Source: Bigelowiella natans CCMP2755 (lineage: Eukaryota; Protista; Cercozoa). From it: 64,000 nucleotides of DNA. The notes under the pieces are model-generated. The model was not told the origin of the DNA, did not search any database, and saw nothing but the letters and a program-made list of their open reading frames with translations. Both the position numbers and the translations under genes were made by a program. Below are positions 1-14,485 of this stretch, in pieces; the first letter of the stretch is position 1, and each line of letters starts with the position of its first letter. The DNA is taken from NCBI GenBank assembly GCA_000320545.1, contig ADNK01003252.1, forward strand, positions 1 through 64,000, written 5' to 3'.

Positions 1-407
1 GAAGTTGGCTGCCTTGAACCCTAGTAGTTTTTTCAACACGTACAACAGCATCAATTAAAAAACAAGGAAAAACATCGTTTTATCTTGATATAATAATCGT
101 GGTTGATGTATTTGTCAAACATTCTTCCATTTGCACCACCACCACCACCACCACCACCACCACCACCTGAGATTCTTCCATAAGCGCATTAAACAATGTT
201 GACTTTCCTACGTTCGGTAGTCCAACTGGAATAGAAGTAGTTCTCATTATTATCATAGCATTTGATGCATGCATTTACCCGCTGCCTGTCACTACAATAG
301 CATCATCGTTACTACTACAATGTTCTTTTCCTCCTCTTCTTTTTCTTCTACTCGTAGTACCTATCCCTGTTTTCAGGCCTTTTGCTGCTGTGTCAATTTG
401 ACGAGTC
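1..407 (-). CDS. ychF: YchF/OLA1 family Obg-like ATPase/GTPase, 5' exons (continues off the left edge; start exon not located)
   Basis: Spliced minus-strand reading GLKTGI|VGLPNVGKSTLFNALM (P-loop), with a GT donor at 360. A downstream exon near 1-20 reads AANF, matching the YchF AAN(Y/F)PF motif. Confidence 0.8.
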
Positions 408-613
408 TGTTGTATTAGTAGTGGTAGTAGTAGTAGTAGTTGAGACTTTTTTTCCACCATTATTGACAGTTGTAATCTAATATTTGCTGCTGCTGCTTCC
501 TCTTGGTGCTACATTTAGTGTATTACGAATAGATGATCGATCATCGTGTAACACTATGTACGACGTCTAAGAATGTGAACAGGAATTTGTTGAAGTAAGC
601 GGACTGCTTTGTG

Positions 614-644
<31 letters not shown>

Positions 645-913
645 CATTGCTACTACTCTGCTAAAACTCACACATCATTGATTTGCTGCGTGTTGGTGCT
701 GGCATCTGTGCAAGTCCTCGTTGCTGCTGGTGCTGGTTCCGTCTAGAATGGGACGAAGACGACGATGATGACAACAACCCTGAAGCAGAGCCACGAATGA
801 AGCATCCACTTGTTGGCATTGTGGTGGCAGCAGTGGCAGCATCGGCTGCCTTCTGCAGCTCCATCCGCAGGGTGGACAATGACGTGCTGCCTTCCACAGC
901 CACAATAATGTGC

Positions 914-1390
914 TGTCAGCGGTGTGGCCGCGCCACCCACGATTGAGGAGCTATCGCAGCATGCGCACGCCCACTCGTGCTGCACGCTGCGCTGTGCACG
1001 TCACTGCACGATGCGCTGTGTGCATGCGCATGGAAGTTCTCAGAACTTCGAGAACCTTCCAGAGAATTCGAGAACATTCCGGAAGCTTCGAGAGTCTTCC
1101 ACAATGTTCGAGAATTCTCCAGAAGTTTCGAGAATTCTCCGGAAGCTTCGAGGGCATTCCGGAAGCTTCGGGAATCTTCCAGAACACTCGAAGAGAATTC
1201 GAGAGAATTCTGGAAGATTCGAGAATCTTCGCGAATGCGCCGCGAATGCGCCGGAACCCAATGTGCACATGCATCCAGCGCAAGTCATCAGGTCATCAGA
1301 ATCCAAAAAGCACACAGGACCGCGTGTTGACTTTGCAACATCGACAGCACAGTCCCGCGCACAAGCACCAGCAGCGCAAGACCGCTGAAA
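914..1390 (+). mobile_element. Solo LTR related to the LTRs of the copia element at 27451-34118
   Basis: Starts TGTCAGCG and ends CGCTGAAA, like the 27451-27866 LTR. A 5-bp TSD TGTGC lies at 909-913 and 1391-1395. Confidence 0.9.
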
Positions 1391-2285
1391 TGTGCTGCCT
1401 TCCGCAGCTCCATTCGCAGTGCACAATTGAACACAAAATGAGCAACACATGCAGTGTGCGTGCACTGTTGCTTGCAATGTCCAGACGTGGGCACGCTGGC
1501 ATGTTCACACAGGCGTCCAGAGATGACGGACACAGCAATGACACAGCAACGTGATGTGCACAACACATTGCATGTCCATCACAGAGATGTGCACATGCAC
1601 TGAGCACTTGCACTGAGTTGCACATGCATGTGCGACTTCTTCGTTTGCAACTTCATTTCGATTCGATTTGAGCGAGTACGCAGCAATGTCTAGACATCGA
1701 GACTTCGATTGTTGTTGGCACTGTGCGACGCACGTGCATGATGCATGTTTCAACTCAATGTTGAACAAAGAGATTTAGAACAACAAATGCATTTTAGAAT
1801 CTTTTCCGAGTTGTGACAATCAATTGTCATCGGGTCAATTGCATGCAATGCCAAATAGTCCAGTCCTTACATGATCGTGCAGGCCTGCTTGTTGCATCCC
1901 CGCTTTCCAGAAACTGCTAGAATAACCACACATTAACAGATATTAATACAGAAATTCTCTTCTCGTCTACTTATCTCATATCATCAAGTATCTGTTTATA
2001 TCTGATGGTAGATTCTCACCTCCGCGTCCCTCCGGATATTTTTTATTACGAAAATTGAAAAGGTCGCACATCTGAATTATTAATGAATTTAATGATTAAA
2101 TGATAAGAGAAAGATGATAGCTCGAAATTATAGGATAACATGAGCCAATTAGGATAACATAAGCGAGAAGCGTGATTTTACATACGACGCCGTGTAAAAA
2201 TATCATTTCATCTCACACGAACGTCGTTTCCAGCCATAGTTGAATTGTTTGAACTAGTTGACACTACGTGCGTGTTATTATTATT

Positions 2286-3168
2286 CTACCGCTTTAGCAT
2301 CGAAACCAGGATCCGCAAACGGGTCTCTCTTGGGAAGCTCAACAAACTGACGAGGAGACGACGAGCTACCTTCACCTGATAGTGGGGAGGAGGAGGAGGA
2401 TGATGATGAGTGTGCAATGACGATCTCGATCTTTTGCTTGTTGATTTACTTTCAAAAGTGATGTGGCACAAGATCGAAGCCAGCGTCGGGTCATTATGAA
2501 CGGTGAACAACTGAATAGTGAGAAGCAATATAGCTCAGCCAAACGGCGGTTATAAACCATGATGATAATTGTGCTGAAAGCGACGACGATGGAGAAGAAG
2601 AAGAAGATGATGATGATATACCGGGATTTGCCTGACTCCTTCGAGCAGATGAATGAGGGGGATAGCGTTCTGATGACGGAACAGTCAGATTACACAACAG
2701 GACATTGAGGAAGAAAAAGGGTCGTTGCATAATAACCACGAATTAGCACTGCGTGCACGTTTTACTGCTACAACTACTACTACTGCTACTACTACTACTA
2801 TTCATGGAAAAACTTGTTGATGATTTCACAGCACCTGAGACTTGACAGTTTCATCTCCGGACATGATCTCAAACTGTGATGATAATAATGATAACGAGGA
2901 GGAGGAGGAGGAGGAGAAGGATGATAGCAGAGAAGATAGGTATACTGGTGATAGTTGATAATTGATCATGTCTTAGCCAATAGCTGTTGTCAAGTATTCC
3001 CATTAGATATAGATGTATGCTTTTATGCAACAAGAAATGTGTTTGTCGCACCATTATCAACGCCATCTCTGGGTAATTGACCGTGAATTCACACTTGGTC
3101 TGACTGCCAAGTTCGGAAAATACGTGGTTTCCCTAGATAAAAGAGGAACACATACACACACACACACA

Positions 3169-3212
<44 letters not shown>

Positions 3213-3286
3213 GTAGAAGGTATGGAAAGATTATACTGCTATCTGGTATTCCTATATCCTCCCACACACAAACATATAATCTCGCC

Positions 3287-3357
<71 letters not shown>

Positions 3358-3581
3358 TTTCAAAAGGAGAGAAAAAGGTGTAGACAACAGAACTTAGGTG
3401 TGCTGCTGCTGCTGCTGCTGCTGCATCCTAATCATCATCATCATCATCATCGTCGAGTTTGTAGCAAACGTGAGATGCAGTAGCGGCAAAGATTAGCTAC
3501 TTGTCTCAGTAAGATCTCACCTCTTTGTCGCGTACAGATTTGAAGTTGAAAATTATGGGGTCATGATATTTCTAAGTTAGA

Positions 3582-3634
<53 letters not shown>

Positions 3635-5299
3635 GAGAGAGAAGGGGGAAGGGAGGGAAAGGACACGAAATGAAAACTGTTACCAACAATTTAGTCGTTC
3701 TAACAGAATTTAGACGTCGTTGTATATGAAGTATTATTTCATCAAGCAAGCAGCTGGATACATAGCATAAATGATGGCGTCTTATACATGTACTCACTAC
3801 ATGCAAACTAGCAGCATGTGCATGTAGTTCTGCGGCATCACAGGCTTGATGCTACTGGTGCTGTACTACTACTACCCCATACGCCTCGATGCCATGCAGA
3901 CTAATAGAACACCTAAGTTAAACAACCCCAAGATAGAGGAGGAATGAGGAGGGATTACGTGATGATGAGAGAAGAAGAGAGTGGACCTTAAAGCATGTGT
4001 GTGCATGTTGGGCTGCTGCTGGGTACTACGTGTTTATCATCATAGCAACAATGCCCCCCTCCCCACCCCCTCCTTCCATAATTATGTCATCATCATCATC
4101 ATCATCATCGCAACTATATCCTCCTCCCACTCTCTCTCTCTCTCTCCTCCTTCTATGATGGTGTATTCTTCATCGAAACTACTACTACTTCTACAACTAC
4201 TACTACTAGTAGATCTACCCCAACGAAGACCCGTAGGAGCCATCATCATCATCTATCGTTGGGGCATTGAGCATGCGTCCAAGCATAGGCCGAATCGTCA
4301 CCTTTACTGTGTTTGGCTGCAGCAGCATTTCATCATGATGTATGTGAGAATATGGAACTACAACAACTACAACATATTGAATGCGAGTTATGAGCTCAAG
4401 AAAAGGGAGAGAGAGAGAGAGGGGGGGGGGGAACATGTAAATATCGTAAGGATTAGCAATGGGATTGAACCAAAAAAAAAGATATGTTGATGATGCGACT
4501 AATCATTTCGTCATCGTCGTCGTCGTATGCACATGCTCATTCTCATTCTTATTCTTATCATGGTTACATTATCGTTTATTTTAGCATCTCGAAGGTATGG
4601 AGGCTTTAACACGTAGCCGCAGTGTCCGTTGTCTCTGAATTTGCCCTAATGTTTGTTTGTTGGAACATTTTGTATCAAGTCGTTTCATTTTTAAGTGTGG
4701 ATATATTTACACACACGCACACGCAAGCACACATACAAAGCACATGCAAAGCAACTGATTCGTTGTCTGTCAGATGGTGGCCATAAATAGCGATTGCTTC
4801 AATATACTGCGTACGCACGCACGGTTTCTTCACACCAATTCATCTATTATATACTATTTACTACTTAGAGTAGTACTTCCATAAATGCATGCGTGCATAT
4901 ACACACACACAAACAGCACCAGGATCAATACTATCCATCACATGGAGACTACTATAACCACAACAACAACAACAACTACTACTACTACTACTATCAAACA
5001 CCTGGTTTAAAAACATCGGGTAGTCGCCTGTTTGGTAGTTCAACGCTGCCAGTTGAGTCCCTTGAGAAGAAACGAGATAGAAATAATAATAAGAAGCATA
5101 ATAAGAACAATGATAAGAGAAATGAGATCATAATATTAATTATAATAACATTAATATTAATTAATATTATTAATTATCATTAATAATAACAATAATAGCA
5201 ACAATAGTGTCATAAGAAAGAACAATGTTCATGCGCGTAGAGAGTGGGGTTTTATAATGACCGTATTCTTCTTACGCTATCTTTCACCATCATCGTCAC

Positions 5300-5333
<34 letters not shown>

Positions 5334-5376
5334 TTCCTTGACATAATACGTTCATTCTTTTGGAAAATATCTTGCA

Positions 5377-5412
<36 letters not shown>

Positions 5413-5933
5413 TCCAATCATCCTCCTCCTCACGGATGATAGTCTTCTTCCTCTTCTTCTTTCTAACTTCTCATCATCATTATCATCATCATCATTATCA
5501 CCTACACACCACGACTTCATCGGATCAGGATTTGAGGAATCCTGCACCAAACAAGCAACGGTCATACTTTCTGGAATCACGCACAATCATGCAGAGAAAT
5601 CACAACCACCAACAAAGCTGGATTGCTCACGTAATACTGAGGTATTTACGCAACGAAATGCCGTTTGCTTTCACGTGTATTCACTGGCACCTATTTTTCT
5701 AATGTGTTGCATTGTCTTCGGAGAAACATGCATCTCTTCAATAATTGTACATATATACTCCCATATCAACGTGTATGGGGGTGAATTGGATATCGATATC
5801 ATCATCATCATCATCATGAATCGAGCACCTGGCGTGAGTTGGCTGGGTATGTTCGTAATAGATGCCTGATAACAATGGTGGTGGAAGGCCATTAACATAA
5901 TATTAAGAATAATTTATCACACACGCGCGCGCG

Positions 5934-5983
<50 letters not shown>

Positions 5984-6022
5984 CAGCATAATATTAAGAC
6001 TAATTTATCACACGCGCGCGCG

Positions 6023-6080
<58 letters not shown>

Positions 6081-6673
6081 CCTGCATTGACACACAAACA
6101 GCAGATTCATGCACTCATAACCAGGGCACCCTGTTCTTTTCTTTTTCTTCTTCTACTACTTCTACCACTACGTCTTTTGTTACAGTGGTATCTTAAAAAT
6201 ATCATCATCTATCTACCCCTTCTCCCATCATCATCATCATCATCATCATCTAGGAGGCACAGACTTGCTGGCGTGGTGGCGGCGAAAAACAAGTGTGATT
6301 GACAATGATATATTTCAACCTGCGAGTGAAGTTCTCAATGAGCTTCGATTTGCCTTTTTCTACGTACTTCTCAAGGGAAGCTGTTATGTTCAATATCGTT
6401 ATTATTATGAATCATCTACGAATCGATCAACCAACAAATGACCAGCAAGCGACATGAAGCATATCGTATTTCAGTCTATCGTCGTTATTATGTTCCCTCT
6501 CCTCTTCTACCCCCTTCTCATCATTTTTTATCGCCTAAAATGCGTATCATCATCTTTACTGCTGCTGCTGCTGTTACTACTACTACATTCGTTGATGGAG
6601 GCGCTTCCAGGTTTGTCATTCCCAAATATTTCTGTTGTTGTTGTTTGAGAGAGGGATAGGAGGACGAGCAGTG

Positions 6674-6704
<31 letters not shown>

Positions 6705-8003
6705 ATATAAGGAGGAGGAGGACATAAACAGTAAGAATTACAAGATAAGCGAAGATTGGCAGCTGAGGGCGGTAGCGCTCACATTCATCTTGTGCAATCA
6801 AGCGTAATAATAATACCAAACCCTAACAACTACATATTTTCGTAAATTCAATTGGTACTAACGATGCTATTAGTACACCGAGCACCTTGTATGGCAATGT
6901 GCTTGAACTTGTAGTTATTTACGTGGACGAGCGCTGCGTAGTCTTTGTGCCGTTTGGGAAATTTCACTTGCTGCTGCTTGTTACTACTCTCTTCTCCCCC
7001 CCCCCCCCCTACGGAAAGAACAGAGCTTGCCCGTGAGAAAGCAGGCATTTCCTGATGGACGTCACGTTGTTATTAGTATCAATTTCAATTCTGCGCGATG
7101 AAAAGTGTGTGGGTGAAGGAGGAGGGCATGATGCGTGGGAGGGATAAATGAATAATATATGTTAGTTGTAACACACTTGATCATTCCAGTCTTTCGGTTT
7201 GGGCATCTTATCTCGGAGTAGGATCTTTAGATATTATTATCACCAGTGTCATAATGATGAAAGTAGTAGTGGTAGTAGTAGTAGCAGCAGCAGCAGTAGT
7301 AGCAAATGTAAATATGCTTCCAACAATTCTTCAGAAGAGGATTGCGTGCTGGGTTCGTGTGCTTTTGTGTGTGAAGGGGAGGGGGGATATCCCACTAACC
7401 CTTAGTGGAAACAAAAATGTGTATGCGTATGTAGTTGTTGATTGATTCCTCCTTATCCTCCTCCTCCTCCTTAGCATCATCATCATCATCATTGCCCATA
7501 CCTTATTTTTCAACGATTCAGGAGATCGAAAATCTTGTTCGCCGTCTTTGAGAGGTTTGGCCAACTTATCATCAAAGATGAATTTCAGTTTTTTCGCTGC
7601 AATCTTCTGCTGTTCCACGCTTAGCGGGGGGAAAAACAAAAAAAGGGGGGGGGGGGGGGGGGGGGGGGGGGAAGATAAGAATGGTAATGGTATTTATAGC
7701 ACAGTATGTCTGTTGCTCCATACGATTATTTCCTTGACAGAAATTAATGAAAACACATCTATTTGTTAATGATCACAACGGGTAGAATGCATATAATGCA
7801 TATGATATAAAGGCCTCAAGCACCGATTAAAGACGGTTTAAAAAAACAGTGATAAACGACGCTGCTGCTACTGCTGCTGCTTTACCCATTGTTGTCGCAT
7901 TAGTATTACAATTATGGTGGAGATATCTAATCGACGAATAGATAGTATTTGCTACTAACGTACACCATACTCACTCTTTACCAACAATGCTACCACCACC
8001 ATG

Positions 8004-8038
<35 letters not shown>

Positions 8039-8520
8039 CAGTAATACCTCATATGATTTTCAATCGTTAGAATAACGGGGTAGTCACTTTGTTTAAAAGC
8101 ACTGTTATGAATTTCTACGAGGCACTAAGTGAATTATTATCAGCAATGCTATAAATATATGCTGCTGTTGCGGCGCATGCATTGGATCATTCTGAGAACA
8201 ATGGATGGATGATGAGTGTGCTGCTGAATTCCCCCCCATGAGAACAAAATTTTGAAATTGGATCTATACCCACTTATTATTAACACAATATGCTCGAGCA
8301 ACCGTGTCAAAATCAATGGGAGCGACTAAGGTATTCCCATGATAAACCTAAAGAACAACTAACATGATACGTCTGCATCATCATCATCATGCAACCTTCG
8401 GTGTTGTTATAATCGGTGATGGATTCATAGATATGTTCGCTCACTTTCAGTACTGCATACTTACATATGTAGTGGCGGTGTAACGTTACTATTATCATCA
8501 TCAATATATCATCATTACAA

Positions 8521-8559
<39 letters not shown>

Positions 8560-9099
8560 TTCATCATCATCATCAGCTTCATATTCCGACTTGGGGTTGA
8601 TCGACGCCATCATAGCAGTCGAGCTCCACGACACGACACCCTGACATTGGTATTATTGTTGTTATTATTATTGTATATTATTATAACAACACTTGTGTCG
8701 CACATCCAATTAATCCTCATACAATTCGAATTTATATCATACAAATGATTCAGAGTATATTCTGACCGGAAGAAAGGAAAATGACGCTCATATCCATGCA
8801 TCATAATCATCTTTCATAATACCCTTTAAAAGCGCCCTTCGAATCGTATATGTTGTGCTTTTACTGAGAACCTTTATAATTATGTGAGGAATGAAATCAT
8901 TAGTATTGGCTGCTACTATAACCTAACTTATATATTCGATTTCCATGCTTCTTCTGCTTAATAATAATGCGTTGTCAATCCCCCCGTCATCACCAATCAA
9001 TACCTCCTCTAAACACAACTTGAGAGTAGCTATTACTACAATCACATCATTACCATCATCATTGCCTCCATTCTCTTCTCTGCTACACCATCATCCTCT

Positions 9100-9142
<43 letters not shown>

Positions 9143-9445
9143 TCAACAGTCTGCAATCATATATCATACAATACGCAAAGGGAGACGAGAGCACTGAATT
9201 ACAGTTAGTGTCATCAACCTCGGCGTTTGTTGTAGATTACTCATAACATGACTTGAGTGGCTTCTACTATGTAGTTGTTATCACTGTTACTACCTGATCG
9301 CCTTCCAGGTAGGTATTGTGTGAAGAAGCTACGAAGTAATGGCTCATTGGTTGGTTCATGTCCTAGCAGCAATGGTAGATAGATCGATCGATATTTAAGT
9401 AGCCTGCTGCTGCTGCTGCTGCTGCTAATATAACAAATAAAATTG

Positions 9446-9481
<36 letters not shown>

Positions 9482-10082
9482 CTGATAGGTCTCTTTAACC
9501 TTGATGAGCCTCGGATCAAAGGCGTAGTTAATATATGAACACCTATCACAATATTCAATAAACAATTACACGTGGAGAACAACATCATTTTCTCATCCTC
9601 TGTCTTAGAATGGGTTCCTGTTTCCTCCGTCATCATCATCATCATCATAAGCATCATTGTATTCACTCTAAACAGCGATGGAAAATTCATTATATAACGC
9701 TTTAGAATTTTGAAGCATCAACCATCCCCCACATATATACTCCATTGTGCTTTGGTACTTGAATTGTGTATCATTCATAGTACGGTGTGATGATGATGAT
9801 AATGATGACTACCAGCTCAGAAGAATTGAAAGCAGCTCAGATCTATTAATCCCTGGCTCATCAAAGCCTTCTGTTTGTACTGCTGTTAGCATATTTATTA
9901 TTTCTTGTCAGATTGACGCGCAATGATGGGGCGAAGATGAGTAATAATGAATGTGTGGTAGATAGATATAACCCACCCCCAACTTCCTGTATTAATTGCC
10001 GACATTTTTCAAAGGGACACGTTCTCCTTTTGTATCGTCTTGAAGAACAGTTGCAACTCTCGCGCACCTGCAGTAGCAGTCG

Positions 10083-10135
<53 letters not shown>

Positions 10136-10338
10136 CATGCAACAGCAGCGTTGGCCAGGTTGCCTCAGGAGATATCTTCAAAACGGAGACATAAGGATGT
10201 TTGTTATAATTTGGCACATTAAACTTGTACTATACCAAGTTTGCCGTCGTTGCGGATCAGTTCCTTCTTCTTCAATTCAAGAAAGGGTAGAACAGAGGGC
10301 TTCATGAACTTTACCAGGGCCGCCTTAAAAGAACGGTG

Positions 10339-10376
<38 letters not shown>

Positions 10377-12333
10377 TTCTGTGTTGCATTTATCGTGTTC
10401 GCAGCCATATTTATATAACAATGCACCACTCGAAATAAATGACAAAAATATATAAACTTCTTCGTCGCACGGTCTGCTTTTAACCTTAATAGCGTCCACA
10501 GAGATATTCTCGAGGTTGTCAGTCCCAAACATCTTGCCCATCTGTAGACCACCATTGTTACGAATCAACAACTGCTGCTGGGCGAATGAAGATAATATGA
10601 TGGTGATAATATCTTACATAGTCCATCCGCTCATCATCATCCGGATTCCTCATGAACTTGGTCACACCTTCGATAGGTTTAAAAGTCTCATATCATATAT
10701 AGGGGCATAAATTTGTTTGACAGTATGTGTTAAAACCACAACAACTATGCGACCCATATGATCCAGTAAAGCCGATGCCTGAAATATAGGAATAATAAGT
10801 TTGTGGATTACTTTTTGGTATTTTTATTCAAGACTTCGCCAGGGCAACTAATCAGCCAGAAATGCTGTACCTGTTTAACGTTTGCATACTGAGGCTGCTG
10901 TTTCCCCTCCTCTTTCTTTTTATCATTCCTTACAATGGGTGGGCACATAATAATGACAAAATGAACAGTATTACTTTCATCATTCCTTATGATGGATGGG
11001 CGCATAATAATGACAAAATGAGCAATTATCTTTTTTTAAAAAACATGTGACTACCATGTCTTCACCAACGCTACAACAAAATCCTTTTCTCGGACTGGAT
11101 ACACGTCTCCAGGATCGTCAATGAGCTGAATTAAACTCTGTCAATTTGAATCCATGTGAGATAAATGGTCGCAAACCTCGGCTTTAATTTGATTTTTCTT
11201 GAAACGATGACCGCCACATCTGTGAGTAGTCAAACAGGCGGAGTGATGATAACGAAGGAAGAGCAAGGCAATGTTCATCTCTCTCTCATCACCCAATTAT
11301 AGTCTTTGTCCCCTTCACACAACTGGTTCGACTCGGCATTCCTTTGATTCAGTCTCTTCGAATGAATGCTGCCACTGCTACTGTGCGATCGATGGTGGCA
11401 GGATAGCAGTTGTGAAAGTATCTTTCTTGATAATTTCTATATCTTGAAGAATACAGGGGATTCATACTCCTGCGACAAAACAAATAACTCTAACTTATCA
11501 CTGATCGCCACAGAATGATGCTTCCAAATGATACGGTAGATCTACGAGAACCGGTAGCGACATCGATATTTTCAACGAAAACAGGTATTGGAGGCTGCGA
11601 CAACCAGAATCTCCTCAACTTATTTATTTGGCATTTTCGCTTTGTTTTGGCGTCTACGACAATATGTCATGTTGTCGTCGGAGATTAAATCCATTTCGGC
11701 GTTATTATTCTAGTTCGCCCTCCCCTCGACCTTCCCATCTCAACCCTAAACCTTTGCCTTCTATACATCGTATTAGCACATCTTTGTGGAAACACTTCAG
11801 AGATTACTTGACTGAAATTAGTTGACAAAGTAAATAAACCTTCCTGCATTCTTCGAGAATCACAATGTCCAGTCTCCGGAATCTGATTCGACGACGAATC
11901 CATAAAGAGAGATCCCAGCCTCAATCCAGAGCTAAATTTGGACTTTTGGAGAAGAAGAAAGACTATAAACTTCGGTATTGTTAGATATAGTACTTAAATA
12001 TTCATGTATTTGACGTGTGCTAGATGAAACTCCATTAGAGAATGATCTGTCAGCTGTCGTTGATGGTGGTTTCTATTCACATCATCATCTTCTAATAGTG
12101 CGATCGATTACCACCGGAAGCAAGACCACATACACAAGCTACGAAAGAAGGCTGCTTTTCGAAACCCTGATGAGTTTTATTTTAATATGCACAACTCCCA
12201 GACTGAGGTAGTTGGTCCTATCCCCCTCCTCCTTCAAATTTTTCTCTCCACCCCCACGACTCCCCCCCCCCCCCCCCCCCCCCCCCCCACACACTCTCCC
12301 CCCCTCTCTCTCTCTCTTCAATTTCGCCTTCAT
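2286..12333 (-). CDS. PLC: Phosphoinositide-specific phospholipase C, multi-exon (5' end approximate)
   Basis: X box exons: [23 protein letters not shown] (~9295-9362), [12 protein letters not shown] (~8600-8640), [22 protein letters not shown] (~8050-8125), [17 protein letters not shown]...SPESLKNK. Y box: [25 protein letters not shown]|[15 protein letters not shown] (~4590-4645). C2 end: [14 protein letters not shown]...LLEGVRQIP|[19 protein letters not shown]. Stop at 2286. Exons upstream of ~9.4 kb are less certain. Confidence 0.88.
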
Positions 12334-12387
12334 GCAATGAGACGTCGACTCAAACGATCCTAAAATTTAGACAGAAACTTTGAAAAA

Positions 12388-13161
12388 ATGTTACTACAAA
12401 CCCTTCGTAATGATCGCTCACTGGAATGGACCTACTAACAGGGAGGCGTTCACGTTCTTAGAAGGAGTATAAAGAGGAAGCACAAAGAGGTAACCTTCAT
12501 TCCGCACCAACCCAACTAATAAGTACATAGACACTCACCATCATCATCCGGTGCGAGAGTAGGCGACATATACATCTAGCAATGTTCATTTACCCTCTTT
12601 AACGAGTACTCTTAAAATATGATGTGGATCCAGTACTCTTAAACCATCAGTATTGATCGAGTACTCTTAACATGATGATATCCATCATTCTCTTAGATTA
12701 AAGATGCTAATACCCAAGACCTCAACTATTTACAAATGAAGCAAGTTCAAGAGAAGAGGGTTGCATAATAATCACACGCATTTACAATATGAAATATAAG
12801 TACGTGTGAATACGTGCAAATGCAAATAGCATTGAGGCTGATTATCTTGCATAAACAAATAGAAAATTGAGAAGTTGAAGGGTGAATTGCACCTTGTTGA
12901 GCACGGAACTAAAGTGAACTCGCATACGATATTTGTGGACAAGTAAATATTGACAACGAATATAGAACATGTAGTTGCAGTAGAATATCATAGTTCAACA
13001 CCGGCAGATTAAAAAGATCTCTCTTGACTGATAGTAACAACTTCTCTATTTATATTTTGCGTATCTTCTGTTATAGTTGTATTTTCTCCTTCCTCGACAC
13101 ACACACACATACACACACACACACACACACACATACACACACATACTTATACTCCTTCCTC

Positions 13162-13196
<35 letters not shown>

Positions 13197-13214
13197 TTAT
13201 ACCATCGTATGCTG

Positions 13215-13256
<42 letters not shown>

Positions 13257-14277
13257 TTGATTAGAGCCGAAGCTGTGCAGACTTTTAACGCAGCTAAACA
13301 CTTCGATACAGTGCCCGGTACTATCAACCGAGTAAGAGGGAGTAGTAACTAATGACCGTGTAGCATTAATGATCCAATTTCGGCGTAATTTAAACAATGT
13401 ATATTCTGAACATTATCTCAGAGCTCGTAGATCATCATCACAACCGTGTAAGGACTTCAGATTTAGAGCGAAACAAGTAAGTGAGAATACCTTGTGTGTG
13501 AAGCACTACTACTCAGCATTAAGCTAAAGAAACCATTTAATGATAATAATGACGATGGAATACCTGTGCACTGCTGTCGCAATTCGTCATCATGATGACT
13601 GACTTAACTTCGATTACCTTCATTCTTTCAATTTCCTATCTGACATCATTTAGGATAGACGGAGAGGATGAAACTGCCCGGAAAAAATTCAAGAGAAAGA
13701 GATTGAAGATGTAGCGCATCCCTAGCGATTGAATCATTTAATTTCGGTGTTACTGTCTGAGTATTACTATTTTCCCAAAAACTGTGTTTTAATTTGAGTA
13801 ACTTTAAAATCTATCTCTACAATAAAGTACGGTGCATTGACAGTCTTACTTATGTGGATGATGTATTGAAAACAATTGTAGGTACCGTGAGCTAGCTGCG
13901 AGAATTGATAGAAAGAATGCATTGGGTAGGCGCATGCACGTATCTCCGACACCGAACAGTCAAGAAGACCCTTCCCTTCGTTTACTTCTCTTCTCTCATC
14001 AGTCAGTTCATTGTGCGCCCAACAAACAACTTACAATATCCTTATACAGGTGAATTGGTACGTAAGGCCCAGACACGTAGAGATTTAATGGGCAAAGGAC
14101 GAAAAAAGAAAATCGTTACACTGGATGAGTTCGGTGAAGAGGTAGTACTCCAAATACCACTCACAGTTGTGTATTTTATGTGTCTTGGGTAATGCTTAAT
14201 TAAGGTATTTCGTTCCCAATTTTTTTTAGGATAAAAGCAAGACAATATACAAGTGGAGTCAGCAACGCAAAAAATGA
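12388..14277 (+). CDS. UTP11: U3 snoRNA-associated protein Utp11, multi-exon (start uncertain)
   Basis: Exons read TQDLNYLQMK, KIEKLKGELH...HTIFVD, FNAAKHFDTVPELVDHHHNR, YRELAARIDR, RDLMGKGRKKKI and IYKWSQQRKK-stop (TGA at 14275-14277), matching Utp11 conserved blocks. Confidence 0.85.
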
Positions 14278-14445
14278 TTAGTATTGAACGTAGTAGAAAT
14301 CGTGCACATAAGTGGCGGGCAATCCCTAAAAAGTTAAAATAAATTATTCATTTGTCTCAACAGACCTATCCAACTATCGTGTCAGCGATGCAAAATGTCA
14401 TTTTTTGTGAACTTTGGCTAAATAATATTAATATGTCAGCGAATG

Positions 14446-14479
<34 letters not shown>

Positions 14480-14485
<6 letters not shown>

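Noticed and set aside
1033-1235. CRISPR-like array
   Set aside because: 10-bp periodic units without unique spacers, inside a eukaryotic LTR.
3981-8810. Plus-strand short ORFs rich in poly-I/H/S/Y
   Set aside because: Translations of intronic microsatellites antisense to the PLC gene.
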